DNA of 63,995 nucleotides, filler included, from Circinaria calcarea (Eukaryota): assembly GCA_051942165.1 (NCBI GenBank). It is 4 parts of 4 records of this genome, joined end to end, with 100 filler letters (N's around TTAATTAATTAA, not from the genome) between each part and the next. Parts side by side here need not be neighbours in the genome. Positions count along the whole stretch, not along the records: positions 1 to 16,596 come from JAVECS010000313.1; positions 16,697 to 33,273 come from JAVECS010000314.1; 2 more parts are not named here. The stretch is one strand, 5' to 3'. The notes under the pieces were generated by a model that ran no database searches, was not told the DNA's origin, and worked only from the letters and a program-made list of their open reading frames with translations. Made by a program: the position numbers and the translations under genes. Shown here in pieces: positions 12,756-25,351 of the stretch; within the stretch, counting starts at the first letter, position 1; every line of letters begins with the position of its first letter.

Positions 12756-13607
12756 CACGTTCGTTAAGACACGCAGACTTTGGTCAAGGTAAGAGCAGTC
12801 TAGCAAAAGGAACAAGTTCACCCTGACTATCCAAGAAGCAAGAAAGATTCGAGCCCTCAAGAGAATTGACTTTCATAAGGAGGAATCACTCTGTTAGGAA
12901 GCCTCGACTTGTAAGGATTGATTCCAGTACCAGATGACAGAAGCCGACACCTCAGGCACACGTCGATGTTCTGTTGATTATTACGAATACGTGTAGATAT
13001 GTGTGTTTGTTTCCAAGTGTAGGCTAGGGTTTGTCTGAACAACGCAAGTTGTCCTGCCTATGGCCCTACGGAGGACGGAGCAAGTAAACCGAAAAGGGTG
13101 CAGGGATTAGCTCAAGAGGCAGCTGCAGGGGGTTTGTCCGTCGGTCGCATACTCCACACCAGCCATCTTTGCAACCCGAAAGCCAAACCCAACCTCCACA
13201 CAAAACATCGACACAACCAGATCGACTTTCGAATCATAAGACTGCTCCTCACTCGGGGTAGAGTGAGCTCGACGCTTACTAACGTGTGCAGCTCGTCTTT
13301 TCGAATCCCATCCGGTTGAAGGGTGAGGAAGTTGCTGCTTTGCAGCCGACCGCTACTTCCACCTAAGCAAAAGACCGGCCGATCGATACTGTTCACCACA
13401 TTCAACAGCTTAATCGATGCCTGTCTCACCAAAGGGCGGTAGCGATATGACCTGAAGACCTTTCAAACGATTTACGACTTTCAATTTACGACAACTTCTA
13501 CCTGCCTGCCACCTTCTCCTTCCCAGCTGCGCGTTTACTAAGCATTGAAATCGCGTCGGCGGGATCCAGTTGAGCGACTACTCCGCTCTTCAACTTGAAC
13601 AAAGATC

Positions 13608-16596
13608 ATGGAGCCTCTAGTATTGAAACCCCGGCAGCCAGTGAAGGAAGACATTGAATGCTGGGACGATGACGATGATTTACAAGGCATAGACGATTTG
13701 CAATTCCGCAATATCTCCAGTACGACGGTGGGAACACAGTCATCTGCCCAAGCGTCTCATCATCGCGACTCTATATCATCGCGACTATCGACGCGATCCG
13801 ACGTGGATTCGAACGGCGGTGGAGATGAAGATTGGCAGGTGCTGTTACCAACCAATGATGAGACATCGACCAGCAAAGCTATCGCGTCAGCAAAGATTGC
13901 TGGCGTACCCATCCCTGCGAATGTACCAACCTCAGCGCTGCTTGGAGGCACCATCAAGAGATTGGGGGGAAGACGCCTGAAGAAAGTTTTCGGAGACGAT
14001 TGGAGCGATGATCTGGAAATGCCGAAACTAGGAGAAGGAGGTCTAAGATTAAAGAAAATCGATACACAGGAATTTCCCGATGCTTTGAGACAGATCAGCT
14101 TGGCCTTCTCGAACAGCCCAAGCCCAGCAAAGTCTCAAGTAAACCTTACCTTTGTAGAGCGTTTGCAATCTTCTGCGAAAGCTCCAGCTACAATCGCTGC
14201 GATGGGGAAATTCCGCGATGACGATGACGACTTTGATGACTTTCCAACCATCAAAATTGCAAAAAGCCGATCACCTCAGAAGCCGCTGGTTCTTACTCCG
14301 TCGCCAGTAAAGCATAGTAAAGCATCTAAAGAGGCTGAAAGCTTCGAGGATGATTTTGAGCTTCCTTCTGAAGACCAGCCTCTAAAGCTCTCCGCGCGAA
14401 AGGAGATCCCAAAGACACCTGCATCTCAGCTACACGACGATGCAGATGCTGAATGGGCTGAAGGAAGCCAGGGAAGCTTAAGCACAAAGCCCGGAGTTGC
14501 TCGTCGGTCAAACCGAAGCTCATCGATATCTGCCTTGAGCCCCAGTGTCTTTAGTCCGAGCCTTTCAAGCTGCCTCACAGCGGAAAGTGAAGACGAAGGC
14601 CTCGAAGGATTGATACTGCCAGACGGTCCGTTAAAGTTCCAGGAAGCCTTGACAAAGAGGAAAGAGATTGTATTGCCTGAATCATTGGACCCTCCCGCAG
14701 AAAAGCAAGCCGAGAAAATCACATTTTCGAAAGAAGATTTCTTCTCGGGCATTGAGATTGGGGATGGAGACGTATTCGATTCAGGGAAACTTACACTGAA
14801 CCGCAACATCAAGCACAAAGCTACTAGACAGACCAGTCCAGTAAGGCGTACGGCGATGACACTGACATTCACGGACAAGCCACAGGCTGCCAACACACGT
14901 ATTCCTAAGCCACAACAGCATGAGCGAACTAGATCACGATTGGAGCCAGTATCAGAAAGTGGCGGACCAATTCCCAATTTTCGCAGATCTCAATCCCGTG
15001 TTGGCGGCCATTCTGCCCAGTCATCGATTTCAAACATACCGGCGCCCTCTGCCACTTCCTTCCCGCATAATACAGGACCGTCAACCCCGAGCCGCCGTGG
15101 ACTAAATAGCAAGCCATCAAGAGAGAACCTGAGGGCGGACCCGACAACAACCAGTGCACAGTTACTAAAAGCAAAGAGATCTATGCCAGCTCTGAAACAC
15201 ATGCCTTCTCCGTGTCGGACCCAACCCTCGTATCAGCGGCCCCCTTCCCGGTCAGAACATAACTCTCGACCAACTAACATCTCACGACCGAAGACTCCAA
15301 CCGATCGTTTGGGAGCCGAGTCAAGTCTTGGCAACGCCCGTAAGCTACTGGTACCATTTCTACCGGCTGGCAGTGTACCTGCCCAATCTCACCACATCAA
15401 TACCAAGTCAAACCGCAACTATCATCGTCCACAGTCTTCAGACTCTAACGAGAACGTCCCTCTCAACCGCCCTATCTCTCGACTATCTAACCCTCATTAT
15501 AGACCAAACACGCCGACGGGCCGCCGAGACGTTGCTCCTGAATCACTAACCAGGGAGGCCGCCTCCAAACGGACTTTGACCAAACCAACTCGCCGTCGCG
15601 CATTCGGTGATGGTACCGAGCTCGAAATATTCGATGACCTCCCTACATCTGCAAGCGTTGAATCCAAGTTTGTGAAACAGTCTGTTGGTCGTGGTAATTT
15701 GAAGTCGACCAATTTGCGCAATAAGTTGTCCGCGTCTCAGAATGCGTCAACTACGAGTTTGTCCAAGCTCGACTCGGCACCTCAGACTCCTCTGTCTCCT
15801 TTAAGGTCTGGAGCCAACATTCCCCGATTTGCTCGCGATACTGCTGCCTCCCGTTTGGCTCGTGAGCAGCGAACCGGTACTGTGAATTCTCAGCCTCTGC
15901 GTGGTGTCAATAATGCCGATTTGCATACGCCTCTCGCTCCTTTAAGCACAAATTGGAAGTCCCACGTGACAAGCAAACCGCTCGCGTCACCGCGTCCCAG
16001 AAAACTGAACATCAAGCCGCAGATAAAACCTCATCTTATCAAGCCTATGGGTGATGCCGTACTCCAACCTAAGAGTGAGAAGGGTATGCACTGGAACCCC
16101 CAATCTTTCCGCTGGGAGGGCAATGAGAATGCGCTAGCTACTTTCGATGTAGCAGTGTCTGGACCTGATAGTCCGAGATCCGGTGGCACTGGAACCCTGA
16201 CAAAGCCTGCTTTAATTGCTAATGTAGGAAGTATTAAGGGCGTCCAGGTTGTAGGCGGTATGGTCTTCGATCCACAGCGCATGTGCTGGCTGAAAATGGC
16301 TCCCAACTCTTTCTCGGCACGGAACAGGTCTGAAGGGGGTGCCATGAGTCCAGATACTGCGGACGACGAGGATGATCCCTTTGCAGGGCTGGATGATTTG
16401 GACGATGGCAAAGGATCGAAGAAGGGTGACGGCTTCGGAGGCAGCGAGTCAAGACATGGTAAAGAGGGGGTCGTAGGGGGTCTGGCGGATGATGAATGGC
16501 TTGTGGGTGAAGAGTTTGATGTTGGGCCTGAGTTTGTGAGGAGACAGAGGGCGGAGGAGGAGAAATGGAGGAGGAAAGTGGAGGGATGGGTTGGGG
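13608..16596 (+). CDS. byr4: Cytokinesis regulator Byr4/Bfa1-like GAP component (3'-truncated by contig end)
   Basis: IECWDDDDD, FGDGTELEIFDDLPTS, MHWNPQSFRWEGNEN, GMVFDPQRMCWLK and EEFDVGPEFVRRQRAEEEKW motifs. The ORF runs into the N linker. Confidence 0.85.
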
Positions 16597-16696
16597 NNNN
16601 NNNNNNNNNNNNNNNNNNNNNNNNNNNNNNNNNNNNNNNNTTAATTAATTAANNNNNNNNNNNNNNNNNNNNNNNNNNNNNNNNNNNNNNNNNNNN
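16597..16696. other. Artificial contig linker (44N-TTAATTAATTAA-44N)
   Basis: 100-bp spacer whose 12-mer has stop codons in all six frames. Confidence 0.98.
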
Positions 16697-17899
16697 ATTC
16701 ATGGTTGAGGGAGGTTTTTTAAAAGGAATGAATTTGTTCCACTGCTCTTTGAAATTTTTTTGGTTTATCATATATTTGGTCAGGTGTTCTTGTTCCTTTC
16801 TTTTGGTTATTAAAAAGCTAAATGTTTGCCGATAAGCATTACAAAGACGATAGGGTGCTACCGGGCCACCGCTTCCCAAGGAATACCATAGAACAATGAC
16901 CGCCTGCTCGGATTATGGGAATCGAGGTCCTCCAAAAGAGGAGAGGGGGGGGGGGTGCCCGTACGCAGCGCGTATAGAGGGGTCGTGTGATGTTTGACTT
17001 GTAAAAAATTATGCCGCCCCCTTCTTCGCGCATGTCTTTTTCTTCTTGCAAATTTTGCCAGTTTCCTAATGCGGACCTTGTCTATTTTAGCTGGGAGCGT
17101 TCGGATTCCGATCGCTTAGATGCCGGGTAGGTGGGAGTTTCTTCGTCTTCGTCCCATGGAGGGTGCATTCTGTGCTCAATAAACGTGTGGTGCTAAGTAG
17201 CTTATGCATTCTGATGGCATGTTTCCTTGGGTCATGTGGCAGGCATTTGGCGTGGTGGACATTTGGGGAGGCGAAAATGGGATGCTCGAGGATCGCTTCT
17301 TATATTTCGATGTAAATGAAGTAACGACTTAACCAGCTACCACTAAAGGATATGCATCTCCGAGGACCACAAACGGCCAAAGTCTTGTGAATTTCATACA
17401 CCCCTATTCCGAATTTCGCCAAAGCATCCGCCAGTCCCGTAAAGTTCCGTCCAGTAGTCCGCATATCGGATCAAGGAACCATGGCAGCCAGAAGACCTGT
17501 ACGAGCGCTGGTATCTAAGTATCTACTGTCACACCATTTTTCATATCGTCTCCACCTCGCTCCGTCTTGATCCACCTTCGATTTTATCGCTTTTCAATGT
17601 TAAGATAACATGGCAGACAGAGGCCAGCTTAATTATCATAAATCAAGTTTATTGGAAAGCTCGCTGCTCGAGATGTGCTTTGTGCCGCTTCTGGAGGGAA
17701 GAATTTGAGCCAGTATTGAGTTATCTTTAGGAATTTTGACTTTTATCGACCCTTCACCACGCGCTTTACCTGCGACTTGAAATTAGCAACTTATACACCG
17801 AATCCTACCCTGGGATACTTACCTTTGGCCTTTTCGTGGGCTCTGCTTATGCCGCTTATTTCTCGCCAACCCCGAATGTCCTTCCCGCGGTGCTCGTGA

Positions 17900-19135
17900 A
17901 AGGTTCAGCAAACTGGCGCGGCGTTTCCTTACATGAGTCGTGGCTATGTAGACTATCTCTTGTTGAACACAGTCCTCGATAGAGACGATCACCGCATCTA
18001 CAGCGATCTCGATCCTAGTTATAAACTGGGAGAACGTGCTCAAGACAGTGAATTGATAAGCAAGGTGGCCAATGGCATATGCGAGATATCACGCATCCAA
18101 TAATTGAACCTTCGATTAACTTATCGCGATGAGGTCCATCTGACTTGTGTAGAAACATCACCCACCATCCCCAAACCCTTTGGATTCGTTCCCACCTAGG
18201 GACTCCGCCATCGGCTAAGCATGGCACCAGGGAAGGCAAAACAGATAGCTTCCGCACTATCTTGATACTCGATTGTGCCTTTATAAACGATAGTGGGGGC
18301 AGGTGAGATTGGGGCTCGGGTCCTTGGGGTTTTGATGTGCGTGTCTAGTATTCTACCAAACAAACATCTTTGCGTATATTTCTTGCTATACCTTTTCCAA
18401 TCAATCAATCTCTATCGTTTCTTGCAGCTAGATCATGGGTTACCCTCTATCCCCAGAATTCATATATATTCTTCGCCCTCCAGCTCTTTTCAAAGTTCCT
18501 GGTCATTGACTCAGAAAGCTTGTGTTCGCAAGCCTCGAATTTGCTCCAGAGGGGTAACAGAATCGAAATTGAAGTGAAAAGGGCTTTAGGGGTTCAACTA
18601 GCTTTCAATCGATCGAGATGTGAGGCACTGGGCCGTTCTCAGCACTTACAAGCCTCCAACTGTAGCGGTCCAGGCTTTCCCCAGACTGGCGGAACAAGAA
18701 CTGCGGCCCTGGAGAAGTGCCTACTGGGTGAAGACTTTCAGGTCCTCCCACGGGTGCTGCGCGACTATCGAATTGTATTCCTCTAAGAACAATCCTATCA
18801 TCCTATGTAATTAGATCCGTCCAGTGCCGTACGAGGTCGTAAAAGGTACACTCCCATAGCCGGCGTATTACGGTTTCAGGATTCTATGGACCCACGTGAA
18901 ATTCTATACTTCGATAAACCTTTCAAATATTTTTGACCATCCAGAGTTTCTTCGGGAGAGTCGTGAATCGCGCCAATTTTGGTGAAATTAGATCTCACGA
19001 TGATCTTTAGATCCTCTATTGACTAGACGTACGTTTATTCATATATAAGCCTGGAGGTAGCTAGGGAGAGGTTTATATCTGAAAGCAAAGCCTGGTATCA
19101 GTTTCTGCAGCTGCAACGGCAGTGGCAGGTCCCTA
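17900..19135 (-). pseudogene. Possible decayed HeLo-like plus kinase-like gene relic
   Basis: Fragments across frames with many stops: PATAVAAAE...LCFQI*, IEDLKIIVRSNF, LEEYNSIV, LLPLWSKFEACEHK, DVCLVEY*, VMFLHKSDGPHRD and LYR...HD. Their order resembles fungal HeLo-pseudokinase proteins. Confidence 0.3.
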
Positions 19136-20232
19136 GTAGTATGGTCGATTGCCGGAGCATTTGTTTCCTTAAGGCGATGGAGAGAAAGGGATTCACTGTA
19201 GAAGAATTACTTCTAGTACGCTTCATATAACAGTGGTTACTGTTGGTAACAAGCATGCCATATCAAACTGGTCGAACAACAAGGCGAATGAGCGATGACC
19301 ATCCCTACCACCACTTCAGTACACACATTTTGATATATCAGCACCATTACCACCGTTCCGTTCAGTGCTCCGCTGTAGTGTTGCTGTCGGAATCCATTTT
19401 CGAGATTCGTATCTGATGCGCTTTCTGAGGTGTGGCCTTCCTGTTCTAATTCTTTACCAAGTAGCTTGGCTACTTCTGGATATGCTGATTGGCTATATAT
19501 ATGGAGTGAGGCGGTCACGTTGACTTGCATAGGTGACTTTGCGGAGCAGTTTTTGACGGCTGTAAATGTGAATATGCTATCTGCTAGAGGAAATTCACAT
19601 GGTAATTTATTGTTAAGTTTCTAGTCCCATATGAAGTAACTGCCATGTTGATATTTCATCCGTACTCTGGTCCTTTATCAATCTTGCGGGATTTGTCACT
19701 GAAACCTGAGATTTCGTACTCTGAAATTTGACTTGTTTGATGATTGTTGCTGACAACGAGCAACGGCCTCTTCGCCACCAGTGACTCCTTCCACGTTTGG
19801 GTTCACGGCTTTTGGCTTATTTACTCCCATGAACGTCTGTCAATGAGCCAGTTGTTGCTTTCTCTTCCGAGGTTCAACGCTCGTTTGGAGAAACGAAATG
19901 AATCGCACTTGGTTTCGATTTTACTCGGTCAATTCGAGAATCCTAGAATTTTTAGGCAGTGGTAAATGTTTGCGCAATCCAATCATACTTATCATTATTG
20001 GCGCGCACTGAGCCAGTCATTAGCATTGGAATATCCCACTTCCGAAACGGCATGGTCGAGTCATTGTTGGAACGGTATATTGGCTCTATTATATTGTAGT
20101 GCTGGTGACGCAAGAACTATCACCAACTTCATATATGGACAATTCTTGGATGACGTACAAGGTGGTCGAGTGTGCTGCCTTGGACGTGAAATCTACCCGC
20201 GTTTATTAACTTCCAACTTCCGGAGGAATATC

Positions 20233-21200
20233 TCATAGCTGTGCCTGCTTTACTAAGTGTGTGCACTTTTCTTTGAAAAATTGAGGAAAGATCCCTCTCA
20301 ATTCTTCCAGGTCTCTAATCTGGTATTTTGCTGCCCTAGTGATAGGCTCCGGATCTTCTGGTTCAAGTCGATGGACAGTGGCCCAACCACGAGCTTGAGC
20401 GTGCCTGCAGTTCAGATGAGAGTCGTCTGCCTCGCCGGTGAGTTTTGTCATCCTGGCATAGTATAAGTGGTAGGGTTCATGCTTACCAACGAAGAAACAG
20501 TCCTCCATTGATATAACACCCGCTTCAGTCTCCGCTTTCTCAAACATTGCTGGGTGTGGTTTGCAAAGTAATTGTTTTTGAGTATAATCACAGTACGTTA
20601 TTCCCTCAAACAGATCATCTACCCCGAGTAGTCGAACCACACGCAGCCCATGGGTGATGTGCGCATTTGTAAAAAGCCATAGCCGGACCTTGGTCTTATC
20701 GATATCTTCGAGCAGTTTCCGGAGGTTCGGATCCGGGGAGATGATATCGTCAAGAGGAAGAGCATCGTCTACTTTCTGATTGTACTCGAGAGGATCGACT
20801 TTATGATAGCGCACCAATCCCTCTATAGCGAGGCCGTATTCCTTATAATATCTTTGGTGGACCATCACGGCATCTTCCTTGGAAATTGCGAGATGCTCAA
20901 CGAAATACTGATCTATATTCTAGTTAGTGACTTTTACGTTTATATCGGGGACGTGTATTAGAAGGGGCAATACCTACCTATAAGCTCTCCCATGAGATCG
21001 TGGACTTTCTTGCCTAACCAGTCACAAAGGGTTAGCGATCCTACATGTCACAATATAACCAAAGGTTGCAGTACACACTGCGAGAGTATAGCTGCAACGA
21101 CGTGTTAATCCACCACATCGACTGGTATGGACTGTGTTAGACTTACACAGTTGTCAATATCAAAGAAGAACACTGATCTGTGAGGGGTTTCTTGAGCCAT
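20233..21200 (-). CDS. SDT1: HAD-family pyrimidine 5'-nucleotidase (Sdt1/Phm8-like), multi-exon
   Basis: MAQETPHRSVFFFDIDNC-LY (HAD motif I), YYKEYGLAIEGLVR, YNQKVDDALPL, WLFTNA, CKP and CFFV-DDS motifs. Confidence 0.92.
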
Positions 21201-21532
21201 TGATAGCCAAAGGAAAAGGGTGCTGATGAACAGAAGAGAATACGTAGTGTTCTCCCGTACTTTCTCGCACAGAACAGAGGATCCAAATCTGTAAATTCAA
21301 TAGCGTCGGCCCGACTTTCTACCCTTGTATCACCGACTGAAGCTAACCAAGTTGCTAGATACAACTCCCCGAATATCTCCTCCCTTTCCTTTTATTACAC
21401 TCGCCATCATAACAACCCTGGGTTAGCACAGCTGTGGTTATCAGCATCAGGAGCCTTGCGAGACCCTCTCCGCGCTCTATCAATCTCTGCTGCGATAGAG
21501 GTCGCGAGCAAAAGATTTGTCGTGCTGAGGGG

Positions 21533-24376
21533 ATGGCTGACAGTGTCGTTCTTCCACAGCTAAGTAATGGGCTGACCATCAATCCGTTACAAGTAAACGA
21601 GAGGGTTGAGTACGAAAAATTGCTGAAGATACGCGACGAGATTGTCGCTGGTACTCACCCACGATTGAAATTACCCGCAAAGACCCCGAGCATAGTGACG
21701 CCGCCTTCAACCAAACCTCCACCACCTACTTCTGCCCCTCAGCCGTTAAATGGCTTTGCTACCAAAGCTCCAAACCCTACCCCCAAAGCAGGGACTCTTT
21801 CTAAGACTGCCTCAGATCCCAGTCCTCCTGTCAATAAGTTTACACAAAAGAATGCCACTTCCAGACAGGTTTCATCATCCGGTAGAGGGTCTTCAGGACT
21901 CGATCCTATTTTCCTGACCAAGTCCGAAGATCTTGTCAGAGCAGAGATGCGGCTTGAAAGGCAACGTATCGAGCGTTCATTGGAGGAACAAGTTCATCAG
22001 AGAAAGCTTTCGGCTAAGCAGCGACTCTCCGACCAAGAGGCTATACCCGATTTTGATGTTTCTGAAGTACTTTTCCAAGCTCAAGAGCTTGTAAAACCTT
22101 TGGCAGCGAATGAGGAGATAGGTGCTAACCGTACTGCTTCATCCAGCGATTCCTTTGACGAGAATACCTTTTACTCAAGCCAAATCAATGACTCGGCTCC
22201 CGAGGAGGCAGACGAGCATCCCAAGAGGAGAGCAACGAGGCCCTGCAAGTTTTTCTTCGAGGGAGCATGTAAGAAGGGAGATGCGTGCACTTTTTCCCAT
22301 GATCCTGCATTTAAGCAGCAACTACAGAGAAATGGATCATTGGCAATGGATGTTGATAATCTTGATGTCAGTAGGCACACAAGTCCAAAGCTTCGTGAGA
22401 GACCATGTGATGGCGCTACAAATGGCATCTTCATTCGCCCGTCTCCGACGTATACTAATAGGATAGAAGACCCTGGAGGTCGGTCCCTTGATCCTATCCA
22501 GGTATCCCAGTCTACGACTAGGAAGAACATACTACAAACCCATGGCATGATACCTCGCGACATAGATGATGAAATGGATTACTCGCCTCCAGGAGTACGT
22601 ACTTTACGGAACGGACAAAACCTCTACAACGATACGCAGACAGGGCCAGTCAGCCATCGTAATGGCCCTCATTCATCGTCCAGACATCCTCCTCATAACG
22701 GCGTACAAAGAAACGAAGATCAGACATCGGCATCCCCCCCAATTGTCAATAATGTACGCGTGGTAAGGAACCATATAACATCGCCGATTGCACCACAACC
22801 TGCCAGGGTATCCCCACTCGCTGTTGCAAAAGCCCCAAGACTTACTCAGTTGCAGCATGTTGACCAGCGTAATGGTACTCCTCGGATGGGTGGAAAGCTT
22901 GTTAACGCACAAAACGACCCTAATACTACGATACCGCCAACAAGTTCACGAAAGAGAAGACGGGATCCGGATCCACGGGAAGCAACACGTAATGTTACGG
23001 CTCGAAGGTACCTCGATTCACCAGGTCCCTATATTAAACAGGAACCAGTGTCAACACCTCCTTTGACAGATGTCCCAAGCGTTGGACCATCGCAGCGTAG
23101 ACCTGTTGGTAGGGAGCCTCTGATTATAGAATCGACTTCGCCGCAATACGGAGAACGAGTTGTATATCAGCCCAGGAGGGTCGTTCAGAATCCCCGAACT
23201 GAAATACCTGAGCTACAAGATCGGTCGACACCGGAGGTGCGCCGCGTTGTTTCGAGAGCAGGTCATCAGTATCAGCTTCAGGATGAGCCTGATCTTCGCA
23301 GAGTGGTCACTGCTCGACTGCCAATGCGTAACCAATCACCATTACCGGACTTTGCCGTTCCAAGACTTGGTCCTCAATATCAATTGCCGGAAGAGCCCGA
23401 ACTCCGCAGAGTTGCTAGTGCCCGCCACCCAGTGCGTTATCAATCTCCGGTACAAGAAGTTGCACAGTATTCCATGCCCCAACCGGAATCTACGAGAGCC
23501 ATATCTCACTCTTACATCATTCAACCAGAGCCTGACTTGGCTCGACAATATCGGGCATCTGTTCAACCACGGCCCATTAGTCATCTTCGGCATGATCGTT
23601 CTCTATCGCCACAACCATTGCACAATCCTTACACTACAAGTCGAGAAACAGTACCTATGGCCCCTCCGCCCCGTCGCATTGTGGTGGATCAATACGGAAA
23701 TAAGTATTACGAAACGCCACTGCCTATCGAACGGAGAGCTTCAGTCGCGCCCAGTACCCGGTACTTGGATGATGCCACCAGTCCATATGAGCAGCCTGCG
23801 TCTCGGAAACCCATCACTCGTGCTCAAGTGGTAGAAGGGTATGATGGTCAGAATTACGTTCAAAGGTTTGCCTCGCCGGCACCGACTTCTCCGCGTTATG
23901 TAGAGTACTATCCTGCTGTTGAGCCTGCGCGTACTGAAAGCAGGCAACGGATTTACCAGCCAGCGGAGGACGTTGTACGCGTGATTGATTATCCAGACGA
24001 CAGACTGCCAGCTCGTTACGAGGAAGTGGTAAGACCTAGCGAGTTGTATTCGAGGATGCAAAGCGTCCAACCAGTTGGTAGAGAATACGAAGTTGTTCGC
24101 GAACGAGCTCCGAGGATTCAAAGTGTACGACCGGACTACCAGCGAATCGTTACCTTGGGAAATCAGCAGGAACTTCAGCAGCAGTTTCCGCGTCAGGTTA
24201 GTATCCGAGCTGAAGATCGTTACGCGAGGGCTCCAAATTATGCTGCGCTTGAGAGACCAAGGTATCAATACATTTCAAAGGTCAACAACAGTCAATTTGT
24301 CGAGGGTGAGCTGCCAGAAGAGGCGGTTATGGAAGCAGCGAGGAGCGTGGAAAGGCGTCCGACGCAGAGGCTGTAG
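21533..24376 (+). CDS. Uncharacterised Pro/Arg-rich protein with one CCCH zinc finger (about 947 aa, intronless)
   Basis: Long open frame containing CKFFFEGACKKGDACTFSH, plus blocks YEKLLKIRDEIVAGTHPRLK, DPIFLTKSEDL, NHITSPIAPQPARVSPLAVAK and RIVVDQYGNKYY. Confidence 0.8.
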   Translation: MADSVVLPQLSNGLTINPLQVNERVEYEKLLKIRDEIVAGTHPRLKLPAKTPSIVTPPSTKPPPPTSAPQPLNGFATKAPNPTPKAGTLSKTASDPSPPVNKFTQKNATSRQVSSSGRGSSGLDPIFLTKSEDLVRAEMRLERQRIERSLEEQVHQRKLSAKQRLSDQEAIPDFDVSEVLFQAQELVKPLAANEEIGANRTASSSDSFDENTFYSSQINDSAPEEADEHPKRRATRPCKFFFEGACKKGDACTFSHDPAFKQQLQRNGSLAMDVDNLDVSRHTSPKLRERPCDGATNGIFIRPSPTYTNRIEDPGGRSLDPIQVSQSTTRKNILQTHGMIPRDIDDEMDYSPPGVRTLRNGQNLYNDTQTGPVSHRNGPHSSSRHPPHNGVQRNEDQTSASPPIVNNVRVVRNHITSPIAPQPARVSPLAVAKAPRLTQLQHVDQRNGTPRMGGKLVNAQNDPNTTIPPTSSRKRRRDPDPREATRNVTARRYLDSPGPYIKQEPVSTPPLTDVPSVGPSQRRPVGREPLIIESTSPQYGERVVYQPRRVVQNPRTEIPELQDRSTPEVRRVVSRAGHQYQLQDEPDLRRVVTARLPMRNQSPLPDFAVPRLGPQYQLPEEPELRRVASARHPVRYQSPVQEVAQYSMPQPESTRAISHSYIIQPEPDLARQYRASVQPRPISHLRHDRSLSPQPLHNPYTTSRETVPMAPPPRRIVVDQYGNKYYETPLPIERRASVAPSTRYLDDATSPYEQPASRKPITRAQVVEGYDGQNYVQRFASPAPTSPRYVEYYPAVEPARTESRQRIYQPAEDVVRVIDYPDDRLPARYEEVVRPSELYSRMQSVQPVGREYEVVRERAPRIQSVRPDYQRIVTLGNQQELQQQFPRQVSIRAEDRYARAPNYAALERPRYQYISKVNNSQFVEGELPEEAVMEAARSVERRPTQRL

Positions 24377-25351
24377 GATGGGATTGGGATACCATGTATT
24401 CAATTGGATTTCTCTGCCAGCTGGACGTTTGGGGATCATGCGGGTGACGGACGTACAATAGAGTCTAGATTTGTCCGAAACCGAGAGATTTGGATACTTT
24501 GGTGGAGATGAGATAGGCTCATCTGGTAGCTCATCTGGTACCTAGATTTCCTGTTGACAGATGAATCATCTCAGTGGGTCTTTGCTTCATTCGCTACTAC
24601 GAAAGACTTGCAACTTGCCTATGACCCTTGTCTGAACTGGGTAAAGTACAGCCATTTGACTCTGGGATAGCGATGGGTTGTCCCAGCGTAGAGTCGTTAA
24701 ATTTGCCATCCTATCGAGACAGGGGGGAGAGTGTTGGTCGCTGCATTCATGAGGCGCTCTCCGCCCTCCGCCCTCATGGTAACATCACGTCTCAGGGTTG
24801 CTTTGTTCCGGCACCGTTGCTTCTTCACCGTGAGCGTAGGCAACTCATCTCCAACGGTAGGTCATCTATCGTTATGCTGCTGCTGTAACTCTGGACGATG
24901 CTACACTATCGACGCAGCTGCTTCTCCCGTCTTAGCCTCCGAGCCCCGTGGCCTTCCGACATCGGCCCGTCTGGATCTTCCGGAGTTAGTGGGCTCGATG
25001 GGGGTGAAGCCGGTCCACGGTCCATGCGTAGAGTGTTCACAGCCCCCGGGTGCAATCCCATTTACCCTTCATGATTACGCCTCGATTGACTATTCCTGAC
25101 TGAATTGCGGTCCTACCCACTCCTCCTCTCGTTGGTCCACCCTCGCTCCCCGTTAATGTCCCGGTGAACCGCAGCAAAGCAACTGTGCGCCATGCGCTAA
25201 GCTATCATCTTCCAAGGTCTGACCTCTTCGTACTTGGCAGCCCTCGACCCGATTCGACTCTATCTCAACCATCACCGTGTCCTGTCGGAGCATTTCGACA
25301 GTTGCCACACCCGTCTCCGACTTTGACAGTCTGCACGTCGGCAGGACGATA

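Noticed and set aside
16641..16652. Recurrent TTAATTAATTAA palindrome as a biological motif, and ORFs reading through X runs
   Set aside because: It is a synthetic six-frame stop spacer inside N padding.
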